Both the position numbers and the translations under genes were made by a program. The notes under the pieces were generated by a model that worked only from the letters and a program-made list of their open reading frames with translations, searched no databases and had not been told where the DNA came from. Source: Actinomycetota bacterium (GTDB taxonomy: Bacteria > Actinomycetota > Thermoleophilia > BMS3ABIN01). Taken from it: a stretch of DNA of 64,000 nucleotides. Numbering within the stretch: the stretch's first letter is position 1; every line of letters begins with the position of its first letter. The DNA lies in NCBI GenBank assembly GCA_023382335.1, contig JAMCPM010000011.1, positions 65,229 to 129,228 of the forward strand. Reading direction: 5' to 3'. Below are positions 10,268-19,779 of this stretch, in pieces.

Positions 10268-11044
10268 TTAGTCCGCCGCGACCTGCAGCCGCTCGATCGA
10301 TGTCGCTCTGCCGTCATCGCCCGCGGAGATGAGGACCCCCTCGATCCAGACGTCATCCTGCGCGACCTCGAACTTGATCGGCATCTCGGTGATGAAACGC
10401 TGCAGGATGATCCTCTTGTCGACGCCGATAACTGAATTCCGGGGACCGGTCATGCCGGCGTCAGTGATGTAAGCCGTCCCTTTGGCAAGGATCTTCTCGT
10501 CTGCGGTCTGCACGTGGGTATGGGTGCCGATCACAGCCGTGACTCTGCCGTCGAGATAGTGCCCCATCGCCACCTTCTCGCTGGTCGCCTCGGCATGAAA
10601 ATCAAGCAGGATATGCTTGACCCCGGCCGGCAATCCTGCCAGCAGCGGCTCGATGGTCTGAAAGGCTCCGCGCGGAGCGCCGATGTAGAGGTTCCCCGAG
10701 AGATTAAGCACCCCCAGGCTGACGCCATTCTTCTCGACCACGGTCCAGCCGCGTCCCGGATTTTCGGGAAGGTAATTGGCCGGCCTGACGATGCGGTCGG
10801 AGCTGTCGAGGAAGGGAAAGACCTCCCGCTGCCGCCAGATATGGTTTCCGGTGGTGATGACATCGACGCCGCCGGAGAGGAGCTTCTCGGCGATCTTGCT
10901 GGTGATGCCGGCGCCGCTGGCGGTATTCTCGCCGTTGGCTACGACGAAATCGGCGCCGTGATCGTCGATCATTTGCGGCAGTCTCGCCAGCAGCGCCTCC
11001 CGCCCGGGCTTTCCGAATATGTCGCTGATGAACATGATTCGCAT
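10268..11044 (-). CDS. YmdB-like metallophosphoesterase (TIGR00282 family)
   Basis: MRIMFISDIFGKPGREAL...GNHIWRQRE...DFHAEATSEK are family hallmarks; start trimmed to conserved MRIMF. Confidence 0.7.
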   Translation of the reverse strand: MRIMFISDIFGKPGREALLARLPQMIDDHGADFVVANGENTASGAGITSKIAEKLLSGGVDVITTGNHIWRQREVFPFLDSSDRIVRPANYLPENPGRGWTVVEKNGVSLGVLNLSGNLYIGAPRGAFQTIEPLLAGLPAGVKHILLDFHAEATSEKVAMGHYLDGRVTAVIGTHTHVQTADEKILAKGTAYITDAGMTGPRNSVIGVDKRIILQRFITEMPIKFEVAQDDVWIEGVLISAGDDGRATSIERLQVAAD

Positions 11045-11159
11045 GAAGCCGAGTATACCAGATGTGGGCTGGGCGCCATCCGCCCGCCCGCCGCTTGGCA
11101 TCGTCTTTGCCCCTCCTATATCATCAATCCCGAAGTCAATTTTTTCCTGGAGAAATGAA

Positions 11160-12134
11160 ATGAAGATCATGATCACCGGCGGCGCCGGCTACATCGGCAG
11201 CATCGTCGCCGAAGCCTGCCTCGAGGCCGGCGACGAAGTCACCGTTTATGACAACCTGTCAACCGGCCACCGCGAGGCGGTGGCTGCAGGAGCCCGGCTG
11301 GTGGTCGGTGATGTCGCCGATGAGGAGCTGCTGCGGACCGAGCTGAGAAACAGCGGCATCGAGGCGGTCATCCACATGGCCGGATTCATCGAGGCGGGCG
11401 AATCGATGCAGGACCCTGGCAAATATTTCCGCAACAACACATGCAGGCCGGTGAGCCTGCTCGAGGCCATGGTGTCGGCGGATGTGAAACGGTTCCTGTT
11501 CTCATCCACGGCGGCAATCTATGGCGACCCGCAGACAGAAGTGCTCGCTGAAGACCATCCCCAGAATCCCACCAATGCCTATGGCGAATCCAAGCTCCTG
11601 TTCGAGCGCATTCTCGACTGGTACGACCGCATCCATGACATCAGGCATGCGGCGCTAAGATATTTCAATGCGGCCGGAGCGTCCGGTGAGAGGGGAGAGG
11701 ACCATCATCCCGAAAGTCATCTGATACCGCTGGTGCTGCAGGCGGCACTGGGCCAGCGCCCTCATGTCGAGATCTATGGCACCGACTATCCCACCGCTGA
11801 CGGGACCTGCGTGCGCGACTACATCCACGTCCGCGATCTGGCCGACGCCCACTTGCTGGCGCTGCGTCGTCTTGACGGCGAGAGCCTGCATTACAACCTC
11901 GGCAACGGCAGGGGATACTCCGTGCGCGAAGTGATCGAGACGGCCCGCGAGGTGACGGGAATCGACTTCGAGGTCAAGGAGGCCGGACGCCGCGAGGGCG
12001 ATCCGGTGGTTCTGGTTGCCGGCTCGGCGAAGATCGTGGATGAGCTCGGATGGCAGCCCCGCAATCCGTCGCTGGAGGCCATCGTTGCCAGTGCCTGGCA
12101 ATGGCACAGTTCTCATCCGGGCGGCTACAGCTAG
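11160..12134 (+). CDS. galE: UDP-glucose 4-epimerase
   Basis: MKIMITGGAGYIGS Rossmann motif, YxxxK catalytic pair; GGAGA RBS upstream of ATG 11160. Confidence 0.85.
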   Translation: MKIMITGGAGYIGSIVAEACLEAGDEVTVYDNLSTGHREAVAAGARLVVGDVADEELLRTELRNSGIEAVIHMAGFIEAGESMQDPGKYFRNNTCRPVSLLEAMVSADVKRFLFSSTAAIYGDPQTEVLAEDHPQNPTNAYGESKLLFERILDWYDRIHDIRHAALRYFNAAGASGERGEDHHPESHLIPLVLQAALGQRPHVEIYGTDYPTADGTCVRDYIHVRDLADAHLLALRRLDGESLHYNLGNGRGYSVREVIETAREVTGIDFEVKEAGRREGDPVVLVAGSAKIVDELGWQPRNPSLEAIVASAWQWHSSHPGGYS

Positions 12135-12176
12135 CCATCCTGTCTTTTTGAAAGAGGGCGCTCCCTGCGAGATATA

Positions 12177-12201
12177 AAGGGCGCCCCTGCGGGGCGCCCT
12201 T
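12177..12201 (+). terminator. Perfect hairpin AAGGGCGCCCC-TGC-GGGGCGCCCTT downstream of galE
   Basis: 10-bp GC-rich perfect inverted repeat 43 nt after the galE stop; no strong U-tract. Confidence 0.45.
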
Positions 12202-12564
12202 AAACAAACTATCCTGTTGACTTATTTGGGGGGAAGCAGCCTCTTTCCGGAATTTGGCGGAAGTAAGCCTGGACCAATTTCTCTGTGGATTTGGAGAACT
12301 ACCAACCGGATTATGCTAGTGGAGGCAAGGAAGGCGAGAATAATCAACGTTCCAGAGATGGACAGTCGGGCGAAGGTATTTACAGACAAACCGGCATGCG
12401 TCCAGCATCAACCGGACCATTGCGGCGGCTTGCCTTAAATCTCTACTCTTCAACCCAGATACCGAACTCTGAACTCTACGACAACTCGAACTCTCAACGC
12501 GAATAAAAAAACTTGGAAGTTTGTACTTGGAATGACTCCGAAAATGCTATTCAATTGTTGGTGC

Positions 12565-12723
12565 CTAATGTTCGCACACCAGCTTGCCGTGCTCGTACTC
12601 GCAGCGGGAACCATGATGGTTACCGGCACCACCGCCATATCCATCGCCGAAAGCTACGGCGCTGAAAGCCAGCGAGGCGGTGCAGATCAGCCAGACGGTG
12701 GCAAGTATTGCCCATTTCCTCAA
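12565..12723 (-). CDS. Candidate small secreted peptide (52 aa, TTG start): signal peptide plus Gly/His/Cys-rich C-terminus
   Basis: AGGAGG 7 nt upstream of TTG; LRKWAILATVWLICTASLAFSAVA|FGDGYGGGAGNHHGSRCEYEHGKLVCEH; GC3-rich codons matching genome bias; below the 60-aa cutoff of the ORF track. Confidence 0.35.
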   Translation of the reverse strand: MRKWAILATVWLICTASLAFSAVAFGDGYGGGAGNHHGSRCEYEHGKLVCEH

Positions 12724-12874
12724 ACATCCACCTCCTCTCGAACCTCAGCCTCAAGCGGCCGTTTGCGTCACCCGTGGATGTCTAGAATAGCGAAAAATCG
12801 CGGATCGGTCAATAGTTTATTTGGTTAGAAACGGCTTAAATAAGGCAAACTCATTACTCCCCGGGGGTAATAGC

Positions 12875-14932
12875 GTGAAATTCCCTCATACGCGGATGCT
12901 CGCCTGGCTGGGAACAGCCGGCATCCTGGCTATGCTGGCGTGGCTGGCGGCAGTCGACGGCGGCTATTTCTCGCGGGAATTCCTCACGGCCGCCGTAGCC
13001 GGGTGGGCTGTGGCCGGCCTGATCATCCTGGCCGGATGGGACCGGCTGGAGATCCCGCAGGGATCGGGCTGGCCGCTCATCATGCTGGCGGCGATATTCG
13101 CCTGGACCGGCCTGAGTACGATCTGGTCGATCGGCCCCGATTCTTCGCTGATGGAATTCGCGAGGGTGTCAATTTATCTGACCGGGTTCATGGCGGTGCT
13201 CTCGGGAGCCCGCAACCGCCGCAAGATATCGATCTCGGTAGCCTTTTTCGTAGCCCTGATGACGGCGCTTGCGGCTTTTGCGCTGCTGGCAAAGGTCAGT
13301 CCAGATTATTCACAGACTTATGCTTTTGCCGGCGGGCGGCTGATGGGATCGCTTGGCTACTGGAACGCGCTGGCGATTCTCATGGTTATGGGCATCCTGC
13401 CGTGCCTGTGGCTGTCGTCTTCGAGGGAAGTTTCCTGGGGCTGGAGGCCGGCGGCAACCGCTGCGCTCATGCTTATGGGGCTCACGCTCTTTTTCACCCT
13501 CTCACGCGGAGGCATTCTTGTCGGCGTGTTTGCGCTGCTCGTTTATTTGGCCGTGACGCCGCGGCGACTGGGGCTGATATTCACCCTCGCCGCCGCCTGG
13601 CTGCCGGCGGGCCTGATTGCCTGGCGTACCTACACGGCCCTGCCGACGCTGCATGCGGCGCCCGAAGGCTTCGCGATCGATCCGTCTGAAGGAAGGCAGT
13701 TTGCCTATTTATTGTTTGCCGGTCTCGTGGCTGCCGCGGCGCTCAAAGCCGTCACCCTGATTTTGCCTGACCGCATACCGCCCACCAGGGGCGCCATCGC
13801 CGCCACGGCGGCGGCGATGATTATCGCGCTCGTGGTTGTGGCGGGGATCGGCGTCAGCCAGCGCGACAGAATCTCCAGCGAGGTGGACAGCTTGAGAAAC
13901 GCGGCCCAGGTGCAGCCTGGATTCAGCGGCGTCGTATCGAGCGACGCCCGGGGCGTGGCCAGGCTGGCGAGCACCTCCGACCAGCGCACCGAGCTCTGGC
14001 AGATCGGCATGCAGAATTTCAGCGCGCATCCTGTCCTGGGGACCGGGGCGGCAACATACTATTTTGCGAATCTGAGGCTGGAGAGCGGCGTTGGCATGGC
14101 GAGGGACCCGCATTCCATCTGGGTGCGTTTCCTTTCCGACCAGGGGATCGTCGGTTTCACGCTGCTGCTCGGCTTCCTGGTGACCCTTGGCGTCGGCCTG
14201 ATCGCGCCTATGTGGCCCAACAGGGAACTGCGCCGCGACGGCCTCTACTTGAGTCTGGTGCTGGCGTCGGCCGCCTGGATCGCGGATTCCAGCCTCGAAT
14301 GGAATTGGGCGATGCCGGCAGTCGCCTTGACCTTTTTCCTGATAAACGGTCTTGCCTTGCGCCTGGCAAGCGTGGCGCCGCGAAGCGGCGCAGCCGGGAC
14401 CGGCGTGCAGCAGGCAGCCGATGGCGGCATCGATGAAAAACCTTTGCGGATACCGGTTTGGCTGCGCATGGCCGTGCTCATGTCCGGCATCACGCTGTCC
14501 ATTATTTTCATGGCGTTGCTGGTGTCTACTATCCTTGGCGACAGGGGGCGGGACCGGCTGCTGGCCGGGGACATCGACTCTGCCGCCGTCGCCGCCTCGA
14601 GGGCGCACAGGTTAGATCCTTTCGCGACCGGCCCGCTTGTGATCGAATCCCAGATTGCCGTCACGCGCGGCGATTATGCCGGCGCCAGGGATAGGCTGGT
14701 GGAGGCACTGAAGATCGAGCCGCAGCAGTCAGCGCTATACCGCAGGCTGGCAGTGATCGAATTCTATTACCTGGGAGCCACGAAAGCCGGCATAGACTCA
14801 CTCAGCCAGGCGATCGACCTCGATCCCCAGGAGCGCGGCCTGCATCTTCTCTTGCACCAGATGGTATATGACCAGGAAATCTACAACCGCACCGGGCGCA
14901 TGCCGCCGGTGCCAGAACAGGGTGATTCATGA
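12875..14932 (+). CDS. O-antigen ligase (Wzy_C) family polytopic membrane protein with C-terminal TPR domain
   Basis: FTLSRGGILVGVFALLVY Wzy_C-type motif, about 12 TM helices, C-terminal TPR-like repeats (AVAASRAHRLDP...ALKIEP...AIDLDP); GTG 12875 in frame. Confidence 0.6.
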   Translation: MKFPHTRMLAWLGTAGILAMLAWLAAVDGGYFSREFLTAAVAGWAVAGLIILAGWDRLEIPQGSGWPLIMLAAIFAWTGLSTIWSIGPDSSLMEFARVSIYLTGFMAVLSGARNRRKISISVAFFVALMTALAAFALLAKVSPDYSQTYAFAGGRLMGSLGYWNALAILMVMGILPCLWLSSSREVSWGWRPAATAALMLMGLTLFFTLSRGGILVGVFALLVYLAVTPRRLGLIFTLAAAWLPAGLIAWRTYTALPTLHAAPEGFAIDPSEGRQFAYLLFAGLVAAAALKAVTLILPDRIPPTRGAIAATAAAMIIALVVVAGIGVSQRDRISSEVDSLRNAAQVQPGFSGVVSSDARGVARLASTSDQRTELWQIGMQNFSAHPVLGTGAATYYFANLRLESGVGMARDPHSIWVRFLSDQGIVGFTLLLGFLVTLGVGLIAPMWPNRELRRDGLYLSLVLASAAWIADSSLEWNWAMPAVALTFFLINGLALRLASVAPRSGAAGTGVQQAADGGIDEKPLRIPVWLRMAVLMSGITLSIIFMALLVSTILGDRGRDRLLAGDIDSAAVAASRAHRLDPFATGPLVIESQIAVTRGDYAGARDRLVEALKIEPQQSALYRRLAVIEFYYLGATKAGIDSLSQAIDLDPQERGLHLLLHQMVYDQEIYNRTGRMPPVPEQGDS

Positions 14933-15819
14933 TGACAATTCGGCAAAGAGTTTATTGCACGGCATTATCGAAGCCTTTGATTGTAGCGATCATGCTCATG
15001 CTGGCCTTGATGGCCGCGGCCGGCTGTGGCGGCTCCTCAAACCAGGAAAATCCCTCCACGGCGACGCAGCCGGCTCAAACCGCCACGGCGCCGCCAAACA
15101 CGCCTGTTCTATACAAATTCGCGGTCTGCGGTGACAACCGTACTCTGGGAATAGACAACGGCGTGCTGCCGCGCATTCTCGATTCGGCAAAAGCCAGCGG
15201 CGCGCAGTTTATGGTCAATACCGGCGATGTGTCAAATGGCGGCACCACTGAGGAACTCCGGCGATACAAGGAGCTGATCGACGGATCGGGTCTGAAGGTC
15301 TATACGGCTCCCGGCAACCATGACATCGGCGCCGGCGGCAGGAGCGACGCTTACGCCAGCGTCATGGGCGACTATTATTTCAGCTTTGATTACCAGGCCG
15401 ATCATTTCATCGTGCTCGATAACGCCGACGACAAGACCGGCATCGACAACGCCCAGATGGACTGGTTCGAAGGCGACCTGGCCGTGAACGCAACCCGCCC
15501 GCATCAGTTCATCTTCACCCACGTTCCCGTGCCCGATCCCTCGCTGCCGTCCTCACATGTTGCCGGCGAGACCGGTCAGACGGGCCTGGAGTCAGGCAAA
15601 AGGCTGGTCGAGGATGCGAAGAAATATCCGGACGTCAGCGGCATCTTCTTCGGACATATCCACGCGTATTTCGCATACCAGCTCGACGGTATCAGCGCTT
15701 ACATAACCGGCGGCGCCGGCGCGCCCCTGTATTTTCCGGAAGGCTCAGGCGGATATTTCCACTACCTGCTGGTTAGCGTACGGGCGGAACGGGTCGATGT
15801 CGAGGTTGTCAGGGTCTAG
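14929..15819 (+). CDS. Calcineurin-like metallophosphoesterase lipoprotein
   Basis: Lipobox LMAAAGCGG; GDNR, TGD and GNHD metallophosphatase motifs. Confidence 0.7.
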   Translation: MMTIRQRVYCTALSKPLIVAIMLMLALMAAAGCGGSSNQENPSTATQPAQTATAPPNTPVLYKFAVCGDNRTLGIDNGVLPRILDSAKASGAQFMVNTGDVSNGGTTEELRRYKELIDGSGLKVYTAPGNHDIGAGGRSDAYASVMGDYYFSFDYQADHFIVLDNADDKTGIDNAQMDWFEGDLAVNATRPHQFIFTHVPVPDPSLPSSHVAGETGQTGLESGKRLVEDAKKYPDVSGIFFGHIHAYFAYQLDGISAYITGGAGAPLYFPEGSGGYFHYLLVSVRAERVDVEVVRV

Positions 15820-15825
15820 AGCGGC

Positions 15826-16152
15826 TTATTCCCGCTCGTAACCGAAAGCAACCGCCAGGCGGAAATGGCGGCGGGAGAGCAGCTCGTCCCCGAGTTTCTC
15901 ACCGCAGCGTCCCAGGCAGTAGTGGGCGTAACCGTTCGTGGGGTAACGGTCGACGACGAAGCGGAATTCTTCGGCAGCCCGGCCGTAGCGTCCGAAATTG
16001 TAATATGCGCGGCCAAGCGCCTCGCGGATGGAAGTTCGCTCCGGTTCCTGGTTGCGGGCGCGCTCAAGGATGATAGCGGCCTGGGCGGGATTGCCGCCTC
16101 TGAGGAAGCTCTCGCCGCGTTTGAGGAGTTCGTATGCAGTGTCGGCGCTCAA
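15826..16152 (-). CDS. Small TPR-repeat protein
   Basis: 108 aa with TPR-like helical repeats (AYYNFGRYGRAAEEFRFVVDRYPTNGYAHYCLGRC). Confidence 0.45.
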   Translation of the reverse strand: MSADTAYELLKRGESFLRGGNPAQAAIILERARNQEPERTSIREALGRAYYNFGRYGRAAEEFRFVVDRYPTNGYAHYCLGRCGEKLGDELLSRRHFRLAVAFGYERE

Positions 16153-16306
16153 GGATTTTCTCCCAAAATAGCTAATCTCATTGTAGACGCTTGCGGCCGG
16201 GTTCCAAAATGCAGGCCCGGCAAACTTTCAAGAGGAGCGCCGATTCGGTTAGACTTGGGCGGCGCGACGCCATACCGCGCTGGCGCAATCGATACAGGGA
16301 GATCAG

Positions 16307-17578
16307 ATGCTCGACATCAGGCGGCTCCGCAACGAGCCGGAAGATATAAAAAAAGCGCTCGCGCGCCGGGGGATCGAAGCCCCGCTGGACGAATTCGTCG
16401 AGCTGGACAAAAAACGGCGCGAGACGATTGTGGAGGCCGAGGAGAAGAAGGCGTTGCGCAATCAGGTGTCAGATGAGATCGCGATAGCTAAAAAAACTGG
16501 TGGAGAGGCCTCGGAGAAGATCCGGGCGATGAAAAAAGTGGGGGAAGAGATCAAGGCTCTCGACCTGGTGTTGAAGGATATCGAACTCAAGCTTGAAGAC
16601 ATCGTGCTCGAGCTTCCCAATACGCCCATGGAGGATGTGCCCGACGGCGCCGACGAAGCGGCGAACGTCACCGTGCGCACCTGGGGCGAGCCGCGGCAGT
16701 TCGACTTCGAGCCCAGGGCTCACTGGGACCTGGGGGCCGATCTCGGCATCATCGACGCAGAACGGGGCGCCAAGGTCGCCGAGTCGCGCTTCACACTGCT
16801 GCGGGGCATGGGGGCCAGGCTCGAGCGGTCGCTGATAAATTTCTTCCTCAACCTGCACACCAGGGAGCATGGCTACACCGAGCTCTTTCCGCCGATCCTG
16901 GTCAATAGCGACAGCATGCGCGGGACCGGTCAGCTCTCGAAATTCGCCCAGCAGGAGATGTACAAGCTGCGCGACGACGATCTCTATCTGAACCCCACCG
17001 CCGAGGTGCCGGTCACCAACATCTACCGTGACGAGATCCTCGCCGAAGAGGACCTGCCGATCCACGTCACCGCTTACCTGCCGAGCTTCCGCCGCGAAGC
17101 CGGGGCCGCCGGGCGCGACACGCGCGGGTTGATACGGCAACATCAATTCAACAAAATAGAGCTGGTCAAGTTCATGACGCCGGAGACTTCGGCGGCGGAA
17201 CTCGAGGCGCTGACGATGAACGCCGAGGAGGTCCTCAAACGCCTGGAACTGCCTTATCGCACCGTGGCGCTCTGCACCGGCGATCTGGGCTTCGCCTCGG
17301 CCAGGACTTATGACCTCGAGGTCTGGCTGCCCTCATACAACGATTTCAAGGAAATCTCCTCATGTTCGAACTATCTCGATTTCCAGGCCAGACGCCTGAA
17401 TATCCGCTACCGTCCCGCCGACGGCGGCAAGCCCCGTTTTTGCCATACCAACAATGGCAGCGGTCTTGCGGTTGGAAGGACTTTTGCGGCTGTGATCGAG
17501 AATTATCAGAATGAGGACGGCAGCATAACCGTGCCCGAGGCGTTACGCCATTACATGGGTGTGGACGTGATCGCCTAG
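16307..17578 (+). CDS. serS: Seryl-tRNA synthetase
   Basis: N-terminal coiled-coil arm plus class II aaRS core motifs (FRREAGAAGRDTRGLIRQHQFNKIE; GSGLAVGRTFAAVIE). Confidence 0.95.
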   Translation: MLDIRRLRNEPEDIKKALARRGIEAPLDEFVELDKKRRETIVEAEEKKALRNQVSDEIAIAKKTGGEASEKIRAMKKVGEEIKALDLVLKDIELKLEDIVLELPNTPMEDVPDGADEAANVTVRTWGEPRQFDFEPRAHWDLGADLGIIDAERGAKVAESRFTLLRGMGARLERSLINFFLNLHTREHGYTELFPPILVNSDSMRGTGQLSKFAQQEMYKLRDDDLYLNPTAEVPVTNIYRDEILAEEDLPIHVTAYLPSFRREAGAAGRDTRGLIRQHQFNKIELVKFMTPETSAAELEALTMNAEEVLKRLELPYRTVALCTGDLGFASARTYDLEVWLPSYNDFKEISSCSNYLDFQARRLNIRYRPADGGKPRFCHTNNGSGLAVGRTFAAVIENYQNEDGSITVPEALRHYMGVDVIA

Positions 17579-19170
17579 CAGTCGCAGGGTCGCTCCGGTG
17601 CGACGGCGCCGGCAGATGGCCCGGGCGGGGAGCCGAGCGTGAAATAAAAGGTTGCGCCTTTTTTTTCAGCAGCCTCGACCCATATCTTGCCGCCGTGCCG
17701 GCCGATGATCCTTTCGACCGTCGCCAGGCCGATGCCGGTGCCGGGAAACTCCGATTCGGTGTGTAGCCGCTGGAAAGGGCTGAAGAGATTGTCGGCGTAT
17801 TTCATGTCAAAACCGGCGCCGTCGTCACGTACGAAGCAGACCGGTCCGTCCAGGCCGGCGGCCCTGCCGAATTCGATCCGGGCGCTCTCATGCTTGCTGC
17901 TGAACTTCCAGGCATTGCCGAGTAGATTCTCCAGGACGATCGAAAGCAGGTGCTCGTCGGCCTCTGTGACCAGGCCGGGCTCGATCACGAAGTCGACCCG
18001 CCTGTCGGGCGCGGTCTGCCTGAGCGTCTCTGTGATGCGTGCGGCCAGCGCGCTTAAGTCCACCTGCTGCCGGGCCATCTCTTGCCTGCCGACGCGGGAC
18101 AGCATCAGCATGTCGTCTATCAGATCGTTCATGTGCAGGCTTGCTTTCTGGACCTGCTGAAGATCTTCCCTTCCTGCCTCCCCAAGCTTTTCGCCATGAT
18201 CCCTGAGCACGATCGTGCTGAATCCCTCGATCCTCCTGAGCGGCGCCCTCAGGTCATGGGAAACCGAATAGCAGAATGCCTCGAGCTCCCGGTTTGAATC
18301 TTCAAGGCCCCGCTTGGCGCGCGCCAGTTCCGCATTGCTCTGATTCAGCTCACGGAAGAGCAGGTTGAACGGACTGACGAGGGCGGTTCTGACTATGGCC
18401 AGATAAAAGAGGAAGAAAGCCGCTATCTTGAGCAGATGGCCGAGCATATTGGCAAAGTCAAAGACGCCGGCGTAGCTGGTGAATGCCAGCTCGGAGGCGA
18501 TCGTGACAGCGATGCTGGCGGCAAGCAGTAAAAAGACGACCCGGTCGAATGAGCGCCGTGAACGGTAAAGCAGATACAGTGAGCCCAGCAAGATAAGCGC
18601 GATTATATATTCGCTGACGATCTTGAAGGAAGTCAGGCCCTCGCCTTCGACAAAACTGGCGGGAAACCGCCGCGAAAAAATCAGGAAGAGAATCGCCGCG
18701 GTCACCGCCATGTAAACCGGCACCGCGATTTTGACATCCAGTTTGCGCGTGATGAAGATCGGCGCTATCAGCAGTGAGATGCTCTCCATGTATCTGGCGG
18801 CTATCCAGAGCTGGGTCGGCAGGTTGGAGTCATAGCCGGTGAAGACTCCCATCCCCTTGTAAGAGAGCATGTGGATCGTGTCGAGGAAGCTGAAGAAAAG
18901 GAAAGCTATGCCGATCAGCAGCAGGTAATGGATGGTCAGATACTTGCGGCTGTTCCAGGCTATGATGAATATTGCCCCGCCGATGACGATCGAGAACAGC
19001 TCGGCCAGAGCGTGGAAGAGCGGATAATCGTAAAGGCTGATGACGTAAAAAGCCGCCATAACGGCAACCGCGCAGACGGCATAGAATGCCGCCAGGGCAG
19101 AGGAGATGCCCGGCATGCGGCTTCGCCTGTTGCTGACGCCGGCCTCTATTTCCGGTGCAGTGATGTTCAA
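17575..19170 (-). CDS. Membrane sensor histidine kinase
   Basis: N-terminal multi-TM sensor region, HisKA H-box SHDLRAPLRRIEG, HATPase_c motifs (GNAWKFS, DDGAGF, GTGIGL); converges on the serS stop with 4-nt overlap. Confidence 0.8.
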   Translation of the reverse strand: MNITAPEIEAGVSNRRSRMPGISSALAAFYAVCAVAVMAAFYVISLYDYPLFHALAELFSIVIGGAIFIIAWNSRKYLTIHYLLLIGIAFLFFSFLDTIHMLSYKGMGVFTGYDSNLPTQLWIAARYMESISLLIAPIFITRKLDVKIAVPVYMAVTAAILFLIFSRRFPASFVEGEGLTSFKIVSEYIIALILLGSLYLLYRSRRSFDRVVFLLLAASIAVTIASELAFTSYAGVFDFANMLGHLLKIAAFFLFYLAIVRTALVSPFNLLFRELNQSNAELARAKRGLEDSNRELEAFCYSVSHDLRAPLRRIEGFSTIVLRDHGEKLGEAGREDLQQVQKASLHMNDLIDDMLMLSRVGRQEMARQQVDLSALAARITETLRQTAPDRRVDFVIEPGLVTEADEHLLSIVLENLLGNAWKFSSKHESARIEFGRAAGLDGPVCFVRDDGAGFDMKYADNLFSPFQRLHTESEFPGTGIGLATVERIIGRHGGKIWVEAAEKKGATFYFTLGSPPGPSAGAVAPERPCDC

Positions 19171-19228
19171 TTGGCAGGTCCTGATATACCGGCGCTTGAC
19201 AGCAGCCTGTGCTAAAATTTCATTTTCC

Positions 19229-19320
19229 GGAGGGGTGGCGGAGTCCGGCTGAACGCACCGGTCTTGAAAACCGGCAGGGGCGCAAGTCCCTCAAGGGTTC
19301 GAATCCCTTCCCCTCCGCCA
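19229..19320 (+). tRNA. tRNA-Ser (anticodon UGA), long variable arm, CCA encoded
   Basis: GGAGGGG acceptor stem, anticodon loop CUUGAAA, T-arm GGTTCGAATCC, 3' CCGCCA. Confidence 0.85.
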
Positions 19321-19326
19321 GATAAT

Positions 19327-19698
19327 CTAGTCCTCCTCCATCTCCGCTGCAAGGATCTCGTGCAGGCGCTCTCTCATCTCTTTCTTGTGCTTCCACATCT
19401 CTTTCTTCATCTTAATTTTTTCTTCAGCCATGTCAACCATTTCCTGCGCGACCGCGTCGAGCTTCTCACCCCAGCGGGCGTCGATCTTGGCCTTCATCTT
19501 TTCGATAAGAAGCTTCTTGGTGGCTTTTTTGAACAGCATGCTCGAGCCGATGCCGGCTTCCATGCCGTGCCCGCCCTTACCCCCGTGGGGCATGCCGCAG
19601 ATCGGACAGGCGTGATGACCTTTTTCCCCACCACAGGAACTGCCGTGCTCGCGGCAGCCGTGCCCGTGACCGTGTCCGTGTTCCATGCCGTAGCCCAT
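19327..19698 (-). CDS. Hypothetical His/Gly/Cys-rich putative metal-binding protein with Lys/Glu-rich helical C-terminus
   Basis: MGYGMEHGHGHGHGCREHGSSCGGEKGHHACPICGMPHGGKGGHGME...; C-terminal KKEMWKHKKEMRERLHEILAAEMEED. Confidence 0.5.
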   Translation of the reverse strand: MGYGMEHGHGHGHGCREHGSSCGGEKGHHACPICGMPHGGKGGHGMEAGIGSSMLFKKATKKLLIEKMKAKIDARWGEKLDAVAQEMVDMAEEKIKMKKEMWKHKKEMRERLHEILAAEMEED

Positions 19699-19779
19699 GA
19701 TCGCACCTCCAGGTAAACGTTTATCTGTAATAGCGGAGCCTTCCCGGGGGCGTGAAGAGTGAAACCTTGTGAGGTGAAG

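Noticed and set aside
13709-14608. 299-aa minus-strand ORF and several other 70-250-aa ORFs within 12940-14700
   Set aside because: Alternative frames inside the Wzy_C-TPR gene; Arg/Pro/Gly-rich.
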